The notes under the pieces were generated by a model that saw only the letters and a program-made list of their open reading frames with translations, searched no databases and had not been told where the DNA came from. This document shows positions 47,519-59,198 of a stretch of 64,000 bases of DNA, piece after piece (the first letter of the stretch is position 1; every line of letters starts with the position of its first letter). The position numbers and the translations under genes are program-made. Origin of the DNA: Marsupella aquatica (Eukaryota; Plantae; Marchantiophyta); assembly GCA_973895155.1 (NCBI GenBank), contig OZ316892.1, positions 28,420,307 through 28,484,306 of the forward strand, in the 5' to 3' direction.

Positions 47519-50422
47519 ATGTCCGATGAAGAGGATTCGCATGAAACTGGATATCATTCCACTACTCCCAGGCCTGGTCCAACTCGTGTGCAAGAACACC
47601 CTTCAAAACAATCTCCAGTGTGGAGATATTTTGAACGATGTGATGCGCCTTCAACATGTCATGATGTCAATCGTATCTATCGAAGATGCAAGTATTGTTT
47701 AACATACGTTACTCATCATGCAACACGAGCAAAGGCGCATTTGATGGGAAACATCCAAAAAGGGGATGCGCCCCCTTGCATGCAACTCTATGGTGTCGTT
47801 GATTTGGATGCCATCAACATTATGTACAATGTGATAAAGGTTCCACCGACCTTAAAGTACAAACGACGAGATGGAAGTCATATCTTGCGGGATGTGAGAG
47901 GTCGTAGGCCAAGCGTTGGAAGTTCATATTTGCAAGCATCCACACGAGGGTCAAACTATGTTGACATGGATGATACACATGTAAGGGAAGGAGATAGGCC
48001 AGTAAATCTTCCTAACCCAATTATGGATGCCTATCAAATTCCAAATAGAACAAATTTGGATAAGCTTTGGGCGAAAGCTTGCTACACCAGTGGTATTCCA
48101 TTCAATGTTTCAAATAATCCTTTTTTTCGAGAAGCAGTCATAGAGACTTCAAAAGGGATTGTCAATGGTTATTCTCTACCTACGATGCGAAGTTTGCGAT
48201 TGAAATTATTGGAAGACAGCAAGGAGGATCTCACAAAGGACATGACGCAAACTTTAAAGGAGGCAAAACCTTATGGGTATTCTCTTTCTTCAGATGGATG
48301 GGAAAACGTCCGAAGAGAACCTTTGATGAATGTCATGTTGTTGACTTCTAAAGGTGACTTCTTCTTGGATAGTTGGAATGCTGCGCAAGCTGACAAGAAA
48401 GATGGGAAATATCTTGGCGACATGTGGTTGAAATACATTGAGGATATTGGTGCAGATCATATTATTCAAATTGTAACTGATGGAGCACCCGCAAATCGCG
48501 TAGCAGGTTGTGAGGTAGTCATGAAAAGTATCCTCATGTCACTTGGAGCTGGTGTGCTGCCCACGTGTTTAATTTGCTGCTAGAGGATATGTGGTCACAA
48601 GCGTGTAGTGCTAGATGATGCTGGACAGAATCCATTCCAAAAGATTTTTAAACGGTTGAGGTGGATAGTAAAAGCAGTTTCATCATCGCAAAAGCTTTCT
48701 GCAATATTTGCAAGAAAATCTCCTGACAAAAAACTGTTGAATCCAAATGCAACTAGATTTGCGACCAATTTCCTAATGGCACAGAGAGCGTTGGAGCTAA
48801 GAGGAGCTTTACAACAGATGGTCATTGATGATAATTGGCACTCTTATCGTGATAGACTTCCATTGCGACCAAAATCAGCTGGACACATGACGAGGGGAAA
48901 GGCAGACGAACTTAAAATGTGGATACAGCAAGATACATTTTGGGTTGAAGTGAAGGATACAGTTAAATTCTTTACTCCGTTGGTCAAGATGTTGCGAGAA
49001 TTTGATGGTGATTCTCCGCAATCAGGTTGGTTGTATTGGAGTTTGAAAAGAGGGATTGATGTTTTGAAAGCAAGCATGGAGGATTGTCCATTGGTAACAG
49101 AGGTATTGAAACCAAAGATACTAAAAGTGTATTTGGATCGAAAAAAATCTCTTACCACTGATTTCATGCTAGCGGCAGCATATCTCAATCCCCAAATGTT
49201 TTTTGATGAGGACATAGATGTCGCTGGAGATCCAGAACTCTACAGGGGTTTCAGTGAATACATTGCTAGATATTCAGAACAACAGGTGAAGGAGGGGATC
49301 AACCATGATCGCGACGTCAGAGAACTTATTTCTGCCATCCACAGTCAAGCCATTGACGCCCAAAAAGAAAATCCCAACACATCAATAGCGATGGGAGCCG
49401 CCCAATCAAGTATAGGTAATGTCAGTCCAGCAGAGTGGTGGCATGCGTATGGTGCAGATTATAAACATTTGAGAATCCTGGCGCGAAGAATCTTACACCA
49501 AAAAGTGTGCGCATCAGCTTGCGAGCGAAACTGGAGTTCGTATGGATTTATACATTCCAAAAGTCGCAATCGATTGACAAATGATCGAGCAAAAGATTTG
49601 GTGTTTGTATTTACAAACATGAGGGTAGAGAAAGGGCTCACAAATGTTCGAAACCCGCATACGTTTATATATGAACGTTATGACCAAAGAAGAAGAACAA
49701 ATGATGGACCTAGACCTATCTCCATGGAGTTGTGCAGCAATGAAGAGTACGATGCAACACGTGCGGCTCTTGGTGAAGAAGATGTCGAAGATTATGATAC
49801 AATTGATGATGCTGATGAATTGCTACACGGATTTTCACTGGATAAGGATAGTGAGTTCTTGACTCGTATTCCACCAGATACAGACATCACTGCTGCAGAG
49901 GAATGGGAGAATGAAATGGATTTGGAGATGTATCCTACAATTGATGAATCGCAAATCCAAGACGAGGAAGATGCATCACTGGACAGAAACTTTGTGATGC
50001 CTTCCCAACCAAGGTCACCTTGGTCGAACTTTGCGAATGATGTTGACACAAGCAGACCATATTTCAACGAGCAACGCACAGGCACAGTAGGGCATCCGAC
50101 GAATGGAAGGACATCAACCTTTTTTCATGGATACAACAATCATGAAGGTCAAACTTCAAACGACCCACATGCAAACTGGCAACACCATGCAGGTCCACCC
50201 TTGAATGCGTATGCAGGGCCAAGTGTCATGAATCCATATACGTCGAACAGGCCTATTGGCCTTGGTGGGTTTCGAGGAATATCATCATTTCAAGAAACAT
50301 CGCACAATGTTCAGTCACACAATCGTGATCCACTCAGTTGGGGCGACAAACAAGACGAGTGGAATGCGCTTTTGTGCAAAAATCTTAACAACAATGCACG
50401 AAATTTCTCTTCACAGCCTTGA
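47519..50422 (+). CDS. hAT transposase (BED finger, DUF659, C-terminal dimerisation) with one 1-nt frameshift
   Basis: VWRYF..CKYC..HL; SSDGW, IVTDGA, WCAAH (read across the shift at ~48525), ATRFAT, AAYLNP, EWW..YG, ACERNWS, SRNRL. Confidence 0.9.
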
Positions 50423-50699
50423 AGCATCTTTTCATTAGGATAATATCAAGTGTTGCTACTCTTATATTGTCGTATCTGACATAGACAAAATTATAAACAA
50501 TTATATTTTTTGTAACATGATTGTATTGTCTTGCAGTGTGTTTATTATTGTACAATGATTGAATAATTTATTTGTATTTGCATTTGAGAATGTCATAGAG
50601 ACACACCAACGCAACATGTTTTCCAAATCTCCAACACTGACTATTTCAAAGTACCTTGTTGTTGGCCATAGCAGCCATAGTCCATACCAGCCCCCTCCA

Positions 50700-51985
50700 T
50701 TAATTGGTTAGTTCATTTCACTATGCGAAGATTTAGTCCAGCAATAGAGCACCGTCATATTCAATAATAATGAGGTCGAGAGGACCTCATTATTGGACCT
50801 GAGAATGTCATTGCTTGAATAAACCTTCTCGTAATAAAATAAACTTAGTTGAACTTGAAGTTGTAATGAGGGCCCATTTTTGGGGTGGGTGAATGTCGTT
50901 GACCGTAGCAGCTGCACTACTTGAAGTTGGGCAGAGTTTATATGACTATGAGAGAAGTTGTGAAATGAACACATCGCCTACATAATCAGTAACCTTCTCA
51001 TAATCATATAAACCCCGTTCAACTTGAAGTTGTAATGAGGGCCCATTGGTGGCCAAGGAGAGCAATGTCATGATGATGATCAGACACGGTCACGGGGATT
51101 CCGCAAGATCGGTCACCAAATTGATATGCAGACGCAAAATACAGTCACCAATTTCAAGTCAAAGTTCACCCGTTTATATCCTCTCCTGTCCGAATTCCAA
51201 TTCGAGCTTGGACACCCTCTCGTCAGCAGGTCTCCACCCTTTCAGTTGCTCCTCACGCGAACCTCTGGATTCCTCAAACACTATGAATGATGCATTGAAA
51301 TAAAATAGGTTCGAGGATTCTAGAGACTGCTATCTTGGTTTGCGTGAAGAGCAACTGCAATGGTGGAGACCAGCTGACGAGAGGATGTCCAAGCTCGAAT
51401 TGGAATTCGGAAAGGAGAGGATATAAACATGCAATTGTGCGAATTAATGTCATAGGCCGTAGCAGCCGTACTCCAGTAATTGGTCAGTTCATTTCATTAT
51501 CAGAAGATTTATTCAAGCAACGGAGCACGGACATATTCAATAATAACAAAGTCAGGAGGACCTGAAATATTGACCTGAGAGTGCCATTGCTTGAATAAAC
51601 CTTCTCATAATGAAAAAAACTCTGTTCAACTTCAAGTTCTAATCAGGGCCCATTTTTGGGGTAGGCAAATGTAGAGGCGTTGGCCTCGGTTTGCATGCGC
51701 ATGAATGTCATTGGTCGTAGCAGCTACGCTACTTGAAGTTGAACAGAGTTTATTTGAGTACGAGAGAAGTTGTGAAACCAACGGATCGATGACATACTCA
51801 GTAATTTTTTGCTCGAAGGACCTGAAAATTTGACCTGAGAGTGCATTTGCTTTCAGAACTTCTCTCGTACTCAAATAAACTCCGTTCAACTTCAAGTTGT
51901 AATGAGGGCCCATTTTTGCGGTGGGCAAAGGAGTAGGCGTTGGCCTCGGTTCGCATGTGCATGAATGTCATTGGCCGTAGCAGCA
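50700..51985. repeat. Degenerate tandem repeat between convergent hAT genes
   Basis: AACTT(G/C)AAGTTGTAATGAGGGCCCATT recurs at ~50850, 51018, 51626 and 51885 with flanking similarity. Confidence 0.75.
51172..51428. repeat. Long hairpin: 92-bp inverted arms (51172-51263 / 51337-51428)
   Basis: Arms are reverse complements with about seven mismatches; 73-nt loop. Confidence 0.9.
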
Positions 51986-52489
51986 ATAGCGGAAAAAATT
52001 ATGAAAGACAGGAAAAGTGAGTGGACTTAGGTATACATCCTTCTACAAAATCATTCTCAACTTGGGCGGCTAAAACCATTGCGATGTTGACTTTGTTGAA
52101 CTCATTGTGCTACACGATCTCCTTTTGGAAATGATTTCAGAGAAGGATCAGTACCTGAGTCCACTGTGCTACCATCTCTCATCACGTCTATTTTCCTCAT
52201 ACTTGTCCAAAAATATGATTGTGAGCCCGACAATATGCTTCCAAAACCTATGGCTGATTGGAGGATGGAATATTCTTACGAAAATACACATTCTCCAAAA
52301 GTCGACGCCATGCCCCCAATGAAAAATATATGTACTCAACGAGATATGCAATGTAATGTCACTCCAAAATCTCTTTACCAATTACAAGTTGAAAATAATT
52401 GTCAAAGAGGATATGCCGCTTCTATTTTAACAAAATGTCTCTAATAGTAACTACATGAAAATAACATCAAAATGTAGAGACTATTGGTT

Positions 52490-54502
52490 TTAGTTCCTTT
52501 TGTTGTTATTGTCAACAGCTTCTGTTTTCACCTCTGCCTGTTGTTGACGTCGTCGATGGCGCCGAATGGATCGTTGCAAATTTTGCTCATCTATTGATGG
52601 CTGGTTGGCTGCCGCATATTGTTTCCACTCATCGAGTCGACCACTGAATAACAACCTGTCAAATTCCCCATCTGACAAATTATATTCATTGATTGTGAAA
52701 TGTTCAATGGGAGTTTCATCTATTTGCATCGCCGGTATAGTATCTTCAGTCATATCTTCAGTCATATCTTCAGTGTTTTGTTGAGTCTCCATTGATGGCA
52801 TTTGCTTCAACAATCCTCGTTGCTCATACTCGCGTTCATGAAATGGTGTGCGACACCAACATTTTCGGCTTTTCTTCAACCATTTAGACAAGCAAGCATG
52901 ATGCCATATATGACCGCAGGTTCCCAACATGGAAACAGATTCAGGGCCCCAAGGATATAGGCACCAAGTACACTTGTCATCCTTTTCACGAACAAATGCT
53001 GCCATAGTTTCATCCTTTTTCCACTTATCAAAAAACCTATCAATACCTTCCGCGTCAATCTCCACATCTGGAAAAAGGTTGTTGTGCCCTGTAGGATCTA
53101 TGATTTGCATGTTAACAAAATTTGGCGACGATAATTCACCTTGCCCTTTGTTTGACCTCATCCCCAAAGCACCATTGTAAAATTCTTGCACCTCTTCGTG
53201 AAGATTTGATATGATGATTGCTTGCGTTGCAAGTTCACTTTTAAGGTCATTAATGATCTTGTCCTTCTCCTCAAGTCGTGCCAGTTCATTGCATTGACGC
53301 TCTTTTTCAGCAAGTTGTTTTGTCAGCTTATTGATTTCTTCCATCTTGTCAAACAATTGACACTTGTACAACATCACTTCCGAATTGGTCGTCGGCTCGT
53401 TCTGCTTCTTCTCAAGTGATCTCATCTTTATATCAGCTTGTTGCAATTGTGACTTGAACTTTTCGATGCTGCCACATTCACATAGCTCCACTACATACTT
53501 CGTGCGGAGATTTGTCTCAATCACCTCTGCAACATCTGCCCCCAAGCTCTTGCATATGTTGTGCAGGTTGAACTTATCCTTGTTAGCATCAGTAACATTG
53601 TTGTTCTTTGCATGTGGAGTTCTACTCCCAACACCTATGTCAAGGATTGGTTTTTTGGTGTGCGTTGACTCCACATTGGTTGGTGGTGCTGCACGGTCAG
53701 GCATGGAGACTCGAGGAAGTACAGCCGCTTTCCCCTTCTCATGCGCATATCCCTCCCCAGTGTCATCTAGCTTTCTTTTGGATCCCTTGTTGGAAGTCTC
53801 CATTGAAGGGTCCTTTGCAATAGTTGTATTCCTATTCGTTGCAATCGCAACCACTGATGGATGCACCTGATGAGTCAGCTTGCCAACACTGTTTTCCCAA
53901 CGGTAATCCACCTTCCACTTGAGAATGAATTCAGCAATCAGACATCGGATAAAAGGAGGGTAAACGGAACTCATTTTCGTTTGGGCTTTGTGTGGAGCAA
54001 ACTCTCGATATCGTTGCTGCCAATGTGATTTAACACCTGCATGTGTTACTTTGGACATGGTGAATTTTTCTTGCACCCATGATCTTGTTGCCCAAAGATC
54101 CGGATCGTGAAAAACTTGTTGTGCTAATGGCCAAAAGTCTTTCTTTGGCATCAACATCTCCAATTCCTTTGCATTCATGGCCCATTCGTCATGGGGAGGA
54201 TTTACATTGGGCGTTAATATACTCCGTTCATCCTTCATACCCTCATCTTCCCATCTTCTTGTGTTTGGCGCCGGTGTTCCATCAACCTTGGGTTTAGCCT
54301 CATAGTGAATGCCAATGGTTGTAAGATTATCCAACACATTATTACGAAGAGCTTCATCGTCACAATAGGATCCTTGACCATCTTGCATGGTAAGATGTTG
54401 TGTCGTGAACTCTTTGTCTTCATCATCAGAAGACAATTCCCATCGTCCCATGTTTGCGATGTGTACAAAAGGTCTGCGATATTTGACAATGTACAAACAC
54501 AT
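52490..54502 (-). CDS. Coiled-coil + RING-H2-like protein (putative E3 ligase), hAT cargo
   Basis: Open 670-aa ORF; CTWC-x14-CGHIWHHAC-x3-W...CWCR; coiled coil upstream. Confidence 0.75.
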   Translation of the reverse strand: MCLYIVKYRRPFVHIANMGRWELSSDDEDKEFTTQHLTMQDGQGSYCDDEALRNNVLDNLTTIGIHYEAKPKVDGTPAPNTRRWEDEGMKDERSILTPNVNPPHDEWAMNAKELEMLMPKKDFWPLAQQVFHDPDLWATRSWVQEKFTMSKVTHAGVKSHWQQRYREFAPHKAQTKMSSVYPPFIRCLIAEFILKWKVDYRWENSVGKLTHQVHPSVVAIATNRNTTIAKDPSMETSNKGSKRKLDDTGEGYAHEKGKAAVLPRVSMPDRAAPPTNVESTHTKKPILDIGVGSRTPHAKNNNVTDANKDKFNLHNICKSLGADVAEVIETNLRTKYVVELCECGSIEKFKSQLQQADIKMRSLEKKQNEPTTNSEVMLYKCQLFDKMEEINKLTKQLAEKERQCNELARLEEKDKIINDLKSELATQAIIISNLHEEVQEFYNGALGMRSNKGQGELSSPNFVNMQIIDPTGHNNLFPDVEIDAEGIDRFFDKWKKDETMAAFVREKDDKCTWCLYPWGPESVSMLGTCGHIWHHACLSKWLKKSRKCWCRTPFHEREYEQRGLLKQMPSMETQQNTEDMTEDMTEDTIPAMQIDETPIEHFTINEYNLSDGEFDRLLFSGRLDEWKQYAAANQPSIDEQNLQRSIRRHRRRQQQAEVKTEAVDNNNKRN

Positions 54503-54638
54503 TTAGCACAATTTTGGGCATTCACGACAAAGTTTGATAGAATATTATCAACAAAATGCAGAACATTGTAATTGACATACAATGAATAAACATATAATCG
54601 TTAAGGTGACCTTTACAAAATTGTGTAAACCCTAATCT

Positions 54639-56294
54639 CTAATCTCTAAGATATGGACTGTTGTGCAAATGCAATGTGCAATCTGGAAACGTTCGAACTA
54701 TCTTCAAACTCCAAAAAGCACAATCCATTCTTTTCTTGGCATCCGTGGCCATCATTTCACGGATTATGACATCCAATTTGGGGCCATGCACTTGTGCACT
54801 CCAACCCCTCCCCAAAAACCGTGAACCCTTAGACATTCCATCCCAATTCTCTGTCAACAATGTCTCAAAAATATTCCCCAAAGCATATATATCGGTACTT
54901 TCACTAAACTCGACAGGGGTAGGTTGAACAAGCTCCGGAGCCAACTGTGGAAATTGTTTTTGGTATGTTGCTGCTTTTTCTGTTGCTGTGGGCCACATCC
55001 GATTAGCTGGTAATTTGCACTGTGATTTATGCTTAGACAAGCCAAAATCACATAAACCAACATACACCTTAATAGCCACATCGTGCTCGTGATCGAAATG
55101 AAGAAGGATGTTTCCAAAGTGAAGATCACAATGAAATCGATCATGCTCATGCAAGTATTGCAGTGTCTCCAGCAAAGCCAAGGCGATTCCCAACCGGTTC
55201 TCCAACAAGAGTTTCTTCTCCGAAATAAACTTGAAATCAAGGTCCGTCGTGATCTGTGCCTTCCCCTTGCTCTTTGACGATATGCCGCACTTATCAATAA
55301 AGCTACCCAAGTCACCTCCATTATAGTGATCGTAAATAAGTTTTGGCGGATCCTCAATAGTCAACGCAAGAGCTCCAACGATTCCCTTATGATTCAGTCC
55401 TCCCATAAGCACTTCTTGTAATGCGTCAGTTCGTCTCTTATGCTTGTCTCCATCCTTGAACCGCTTTGCGACTAAGGTCACGTTGACGGGAATGAGAGGA
55501 CAATGTAATATACGACAAGTGTATACCTCTCCTTGGATTCCTTTCCCAATGCGACGTGTGTTGTGCACCTGCTCTGGTTTAAGAAAATGGATACTCCTAA
55601 CCTCTGGAACTACACGCGATGGACGTGTTCCTTTTCGAGCACTTTTGATGCTGACATCCCCAAAGTGCACAATCTCGTTAGCATATTTGACATTGCTATT
55701 AGATTTTGCCATTGCCAACTCCTTACTCCACTTCACTAGCAATTCTCTCTTGTGTGTGTACATCCCGGGGTTTCCAAGCAATGTAGTGTCACCCTCTTCC
55801 ACTTTGGTTGCCAAATTATCCCAAACATGCTTCTCCAAGTTGAGTGCCAAATTTTCCAGAAATCCTCCCGGTTTCTCAGTTTCATCTTCAAATGACTTCA
55901 TTTGCTCTCGTGTGAAATTGTCCTCCTTTTGTACACTTTCCCGCATACAACGGGTTATCTCACCAAGAAAGTTCTTGTATCCTTTCTCTCCGTGTCTTGT
56001 GAACTCCCTCTCGAACCCATCCACCCCATACTGTTTCGGTTGAGTGTAGCGATAAAGTATCTCTTTCCATATCGACACTACCACATTGTGTCGAACCTGT
56101 TTTGCCTCTTCGTTTGCCCCCTTCCGTTTTCGTTTCCCGGCCACTTTGCTAGAATTCCTAGCATGTTCGAGAGTGTTTCGAGCGTTCTTCAATGCATCCA
56201 GAGCAACAAGATTCGGCTCATATCCCTCATTCACATGTTTTGTGATCATCTCCAACACTTGCCTATACTCTAAACTAAAATTTTTGATGACCAT
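54639..56294 (-). CDS. Protein kinase, hAT cargo
   Basis: Open 551-aa ORF; GKGIQGEVY, VAKRF, HCDLHFGN, DFG, APE, DIYALG all present. Confidence 0.9.
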   Translation of the reverse strand: MVIKNFSLEYRQVLEMITKHVNEGYEPNLVALDALKNARNTLEHARNSSKVAGKRKRKGANEEAKQVRHNVVVSIWKEILYRYTQPKQYGVDGFEREFTRHGEKGYKNFLGEITRCMRESVQKEDNFTREQMKSFEDETEKPGGFLENLALNLEKHVWDNLATKVEEGDTTLLGNPGMYTHKRELLVKWSKELAMAKSNSNVKYANEIVHFGDVSIKSARKGTRPSRVVPEVRSIHFLKPEQVHNTRRIGKGIQGEVYTCRILHCPLIPVNVTLVAKRFKDGDKHKRRTDALQEVLMGGLNHKGIVGALALTIEDPPKLIYDHYNGGDLGSFIDKCGISSKSKGKAQITTDLDFKFISEKKLLLENRLGIALALLETLQYLHEHDRFHCDLHFGNILLHFDHEHDVAIKVYVGLCDFGLSKHKSQCKLPANRMWPTATEKAATYQKQFPQLAPELVQPTPVEFSESTDIYALGNIFETLLTENWDGMSKGSRFLGRGWSAQVHGPKLDVIIREMMATDAKKRMDCAFWSLKIVRTFPDCTLHLHNSPYLRD

Positions 56295-59198
56295 GTTTTC
56301 CCTTCACAAAAGGAATATGTGAGGGAGGAACAAGATCTTACCGGGATTTAAATAAAATCCTTCTAATAAGGATTCAACGACCAACCTGAAAATTACAAGT
56401 CGTATTGTTATTATCTTTTCCCGGTTTATTTCTCCCATGCATTATGTATTTTTATTGCACACATGATTTTAATTACCTTTCTATATAACAACAATAAAAG
56501 AGAAAGACAACACTTGTGAAATATCGCAGACCGAGTGGACGCTCAAAGCATGCGCACAAAAGTGTTCTTTTCTTTCAAAGTTGTTATATTCCTACTTCGA
56601 CATATGTGATTTGGTGTCTATAACTTAACACTCATTTGTAATTCAAGTAAAAACATTCTCGGCGAATCGTGGTATCCATGCAAAGTATCGCAGACCGAGC
56701 CGAAACTCTAAGCATGCGTACATGGATTCCTCTATCTCCGCAAATGTTTTACTTAATGAACAAAGGAGACTAAATTGTTAAGGTGATATTAAGAAATTCT
56801 TGTACGGAGTATCGCAAACCGAACCGAGGCTCAAAGCGTGCGCGTACAAATGTTTCTTTATATCCCTCCATTTGGCTCTAAGGTTAAGGTTTAAAACACA
56901 AAAAAAACTTAAAAAATCACAAAACAAAACACAAACAAATAAAAACAAACCAAAAATCAAAAATAAAAACCAAAACCAATCACTTACCTCCTCCTCCTCC
57001 TCTTCTCTTCCTCCTCCTCCTCCTCTCCTCCTCCTCCTCTCCTCTCCTCTCCTCCTCCTCTTCCTCCTCTCCTCATCTCCTCCTCTCCTCCTTTCTGCAA
57101 AACCGAAAATGAGGAGGGAGAGGAGGGATCTCCTCCTTTTATCCTCTCCCGAGCCCCCGACCCTTTCCCGGCCGGCCCCATCCTCCAACCCTAAATCGCG
57201 AAACCCTAATTCTCCGAGCCTCAATCCCGAACCCCGAACCGGACCCCGAACCCCGATCCCACCCGGACCCACCCCGGCCTCCCGGACCCGAACCCCACCC
57301 GGACCCCACCCCGAACCCCCACCGAGCGCCTCCGCCCCGGGCCCGGACCCCACCCGAACCCCCCGTACCTCCCGAACCCGAACCCCTCGGACCCGGACCC
57401 GAACCCCACCCGAACCCCCACCCGAACCCCCCGCACCTCCTCCTCCCGGACCCGAGCCGCACCCGGACCCCACCCCGAACCCCCACCGAGCGGACCCGAA
57501 CCCCACCCGGACCCCACCCCGAGCCCCCACCGAGCGCCTCCGCCCCGGACCCGGACCCGATTAGTCACCCGGACCCCCACCCGAACCTCCTCCCGAACCC
57601 AAACCCCAAACCGGACGTTTCCTTTCCCGGACTGCTTCCGAACCCGGGTGCCGGGTTGTCAATTTGCCGCTCTCAAACGCCCAGTTTGACGGGCAAGGTC
57701 AAACCGGGCTCTAGACTTAGTCCCGAGGTTAAGAGTAGACTTTAGTTGGCGCGTTCATAGTATATTTCCCAAACAAATGTAAAGGGAGTACCTTCTCTGC
57801 AATGTTTCCACTTCGTTGTCTACTAATTGCATATTGTTATCTCAATTTGTCCATTTGAACGCTGCAGCTACTTGTTGTCAATTTTGTTCGAGCTCGAGAT
57901 TGATCTCTTGATCTGGCGTCTCGCCAATCTCATGTAAGATTACTTGAGAAACGGAGTATTCAAGCTACATCAAACTTTCACCCATTCACATATGACTCTA
58001 CATTTATGGAGAAGATGATCGACTTACGGAACGTACCTCAAGGTATACATCATGCATGATAGCATCTGACTGGACACTAGAAAAGACTCGACACGACACA
58101 ACAATCGGCCAAGATCTGCGGTTCCAGCGGCAGTAATGAAAGTTTCGACCAACTAGAGGCTTCCCGAACAGTCGACCAACGATTAGCTACTCAACTAGTA
58201 TCGGGTTACCGTTTTCCCGCACTCTTTAGGTCTGCTGCGAGGTGTGATGGAGTCCATGTAACTACGTAGAAGATTTGAAATGCAATGCGAATTAAAAAGA
58301 TCGACGGGGAATTTAACATTGACTAATCGGATTTCTCTGATGTCACCTTCTCGAAAGCTAGTTGAGACGTTTCCTGAAGACAACCTGGAGCCACTGAAGT
58401 ATTTTACTTTCATCGCTGGACTAGTTTGGATCCGTTTGGATCGAAGGCAATATCGGATTGGGTACAACAAATCAATACATTATGTAACAGAGAATGATGG
58501 AGATCAACAATTTCTAGGATGATTACCTTACTAGATATACAAAATAAGCTACATAAAACATTGAAAGACGAACACATGAGTCTAAAACAATCGAGCGGAC
58601 CAACAAGACGTGCAAGAAGGACATTATAGGAATGGAAAGTACCTCAAATTATATTATATGTGACTGGACGGTCACTAGAACAAACTTGGCACAACGACCT
58701 GTCTTATTTCAGTGGTTTCAGCGGCGATACTGAACACTTCAACCAAACAGGCGAACAAACTTGCAGAAAGAGGAGCTCAATACTAAACCGGGATCGTGTA
58801 CCAGACGTGACCAAACTAGTATTTCATGATATCTAGTCCATCGGGAGGTCCCAACAGCACTGGACAGAGGTTGACTGTAGTAGTGCCTTAATTAAGAGAG
58901 ATTCATAAAGAATGACAAATTAATAGCTCAGGCAGCTTGGGATCAAGGTGTGCTCCTAAGTACGTTTGCAATGTTTACTCACGGGCCAAAATAATCAATC
59001 CGATCTAAATCCTTTCTAGATCTTCGCTCTGCTGAGAGAGGTCCAGTTCTGACTCGTCGCAATTAAGAAGTCGTCTGCAGGCCTTGACTCCGATGGAGTA
59101 GAATCCCTGCCCCAGCAAATGTCACGAAAAGAATCTGGGAGACCAAGTCTGGCCAAAGCTTTGCAGCGTTCACCAGTTCACCAGCTGTTCCAGGAGGA

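Larger units (their letters stand above)
46207..57713. mobile_element. 11.5-kb hAT transposon with kinase and RING cargo
   Basis: Imperfect TIR TAGACCCCGGTTCAATCT / TAGAGCCCGGTTTGACCT; GC-rich CCCGGA/CCCGAA subterminal arrays (46310-46870, 57150-57650); inverted homology 47075-47430 vs 56520-56870; no clean 8-bp TSD. Confidence 0.8.
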
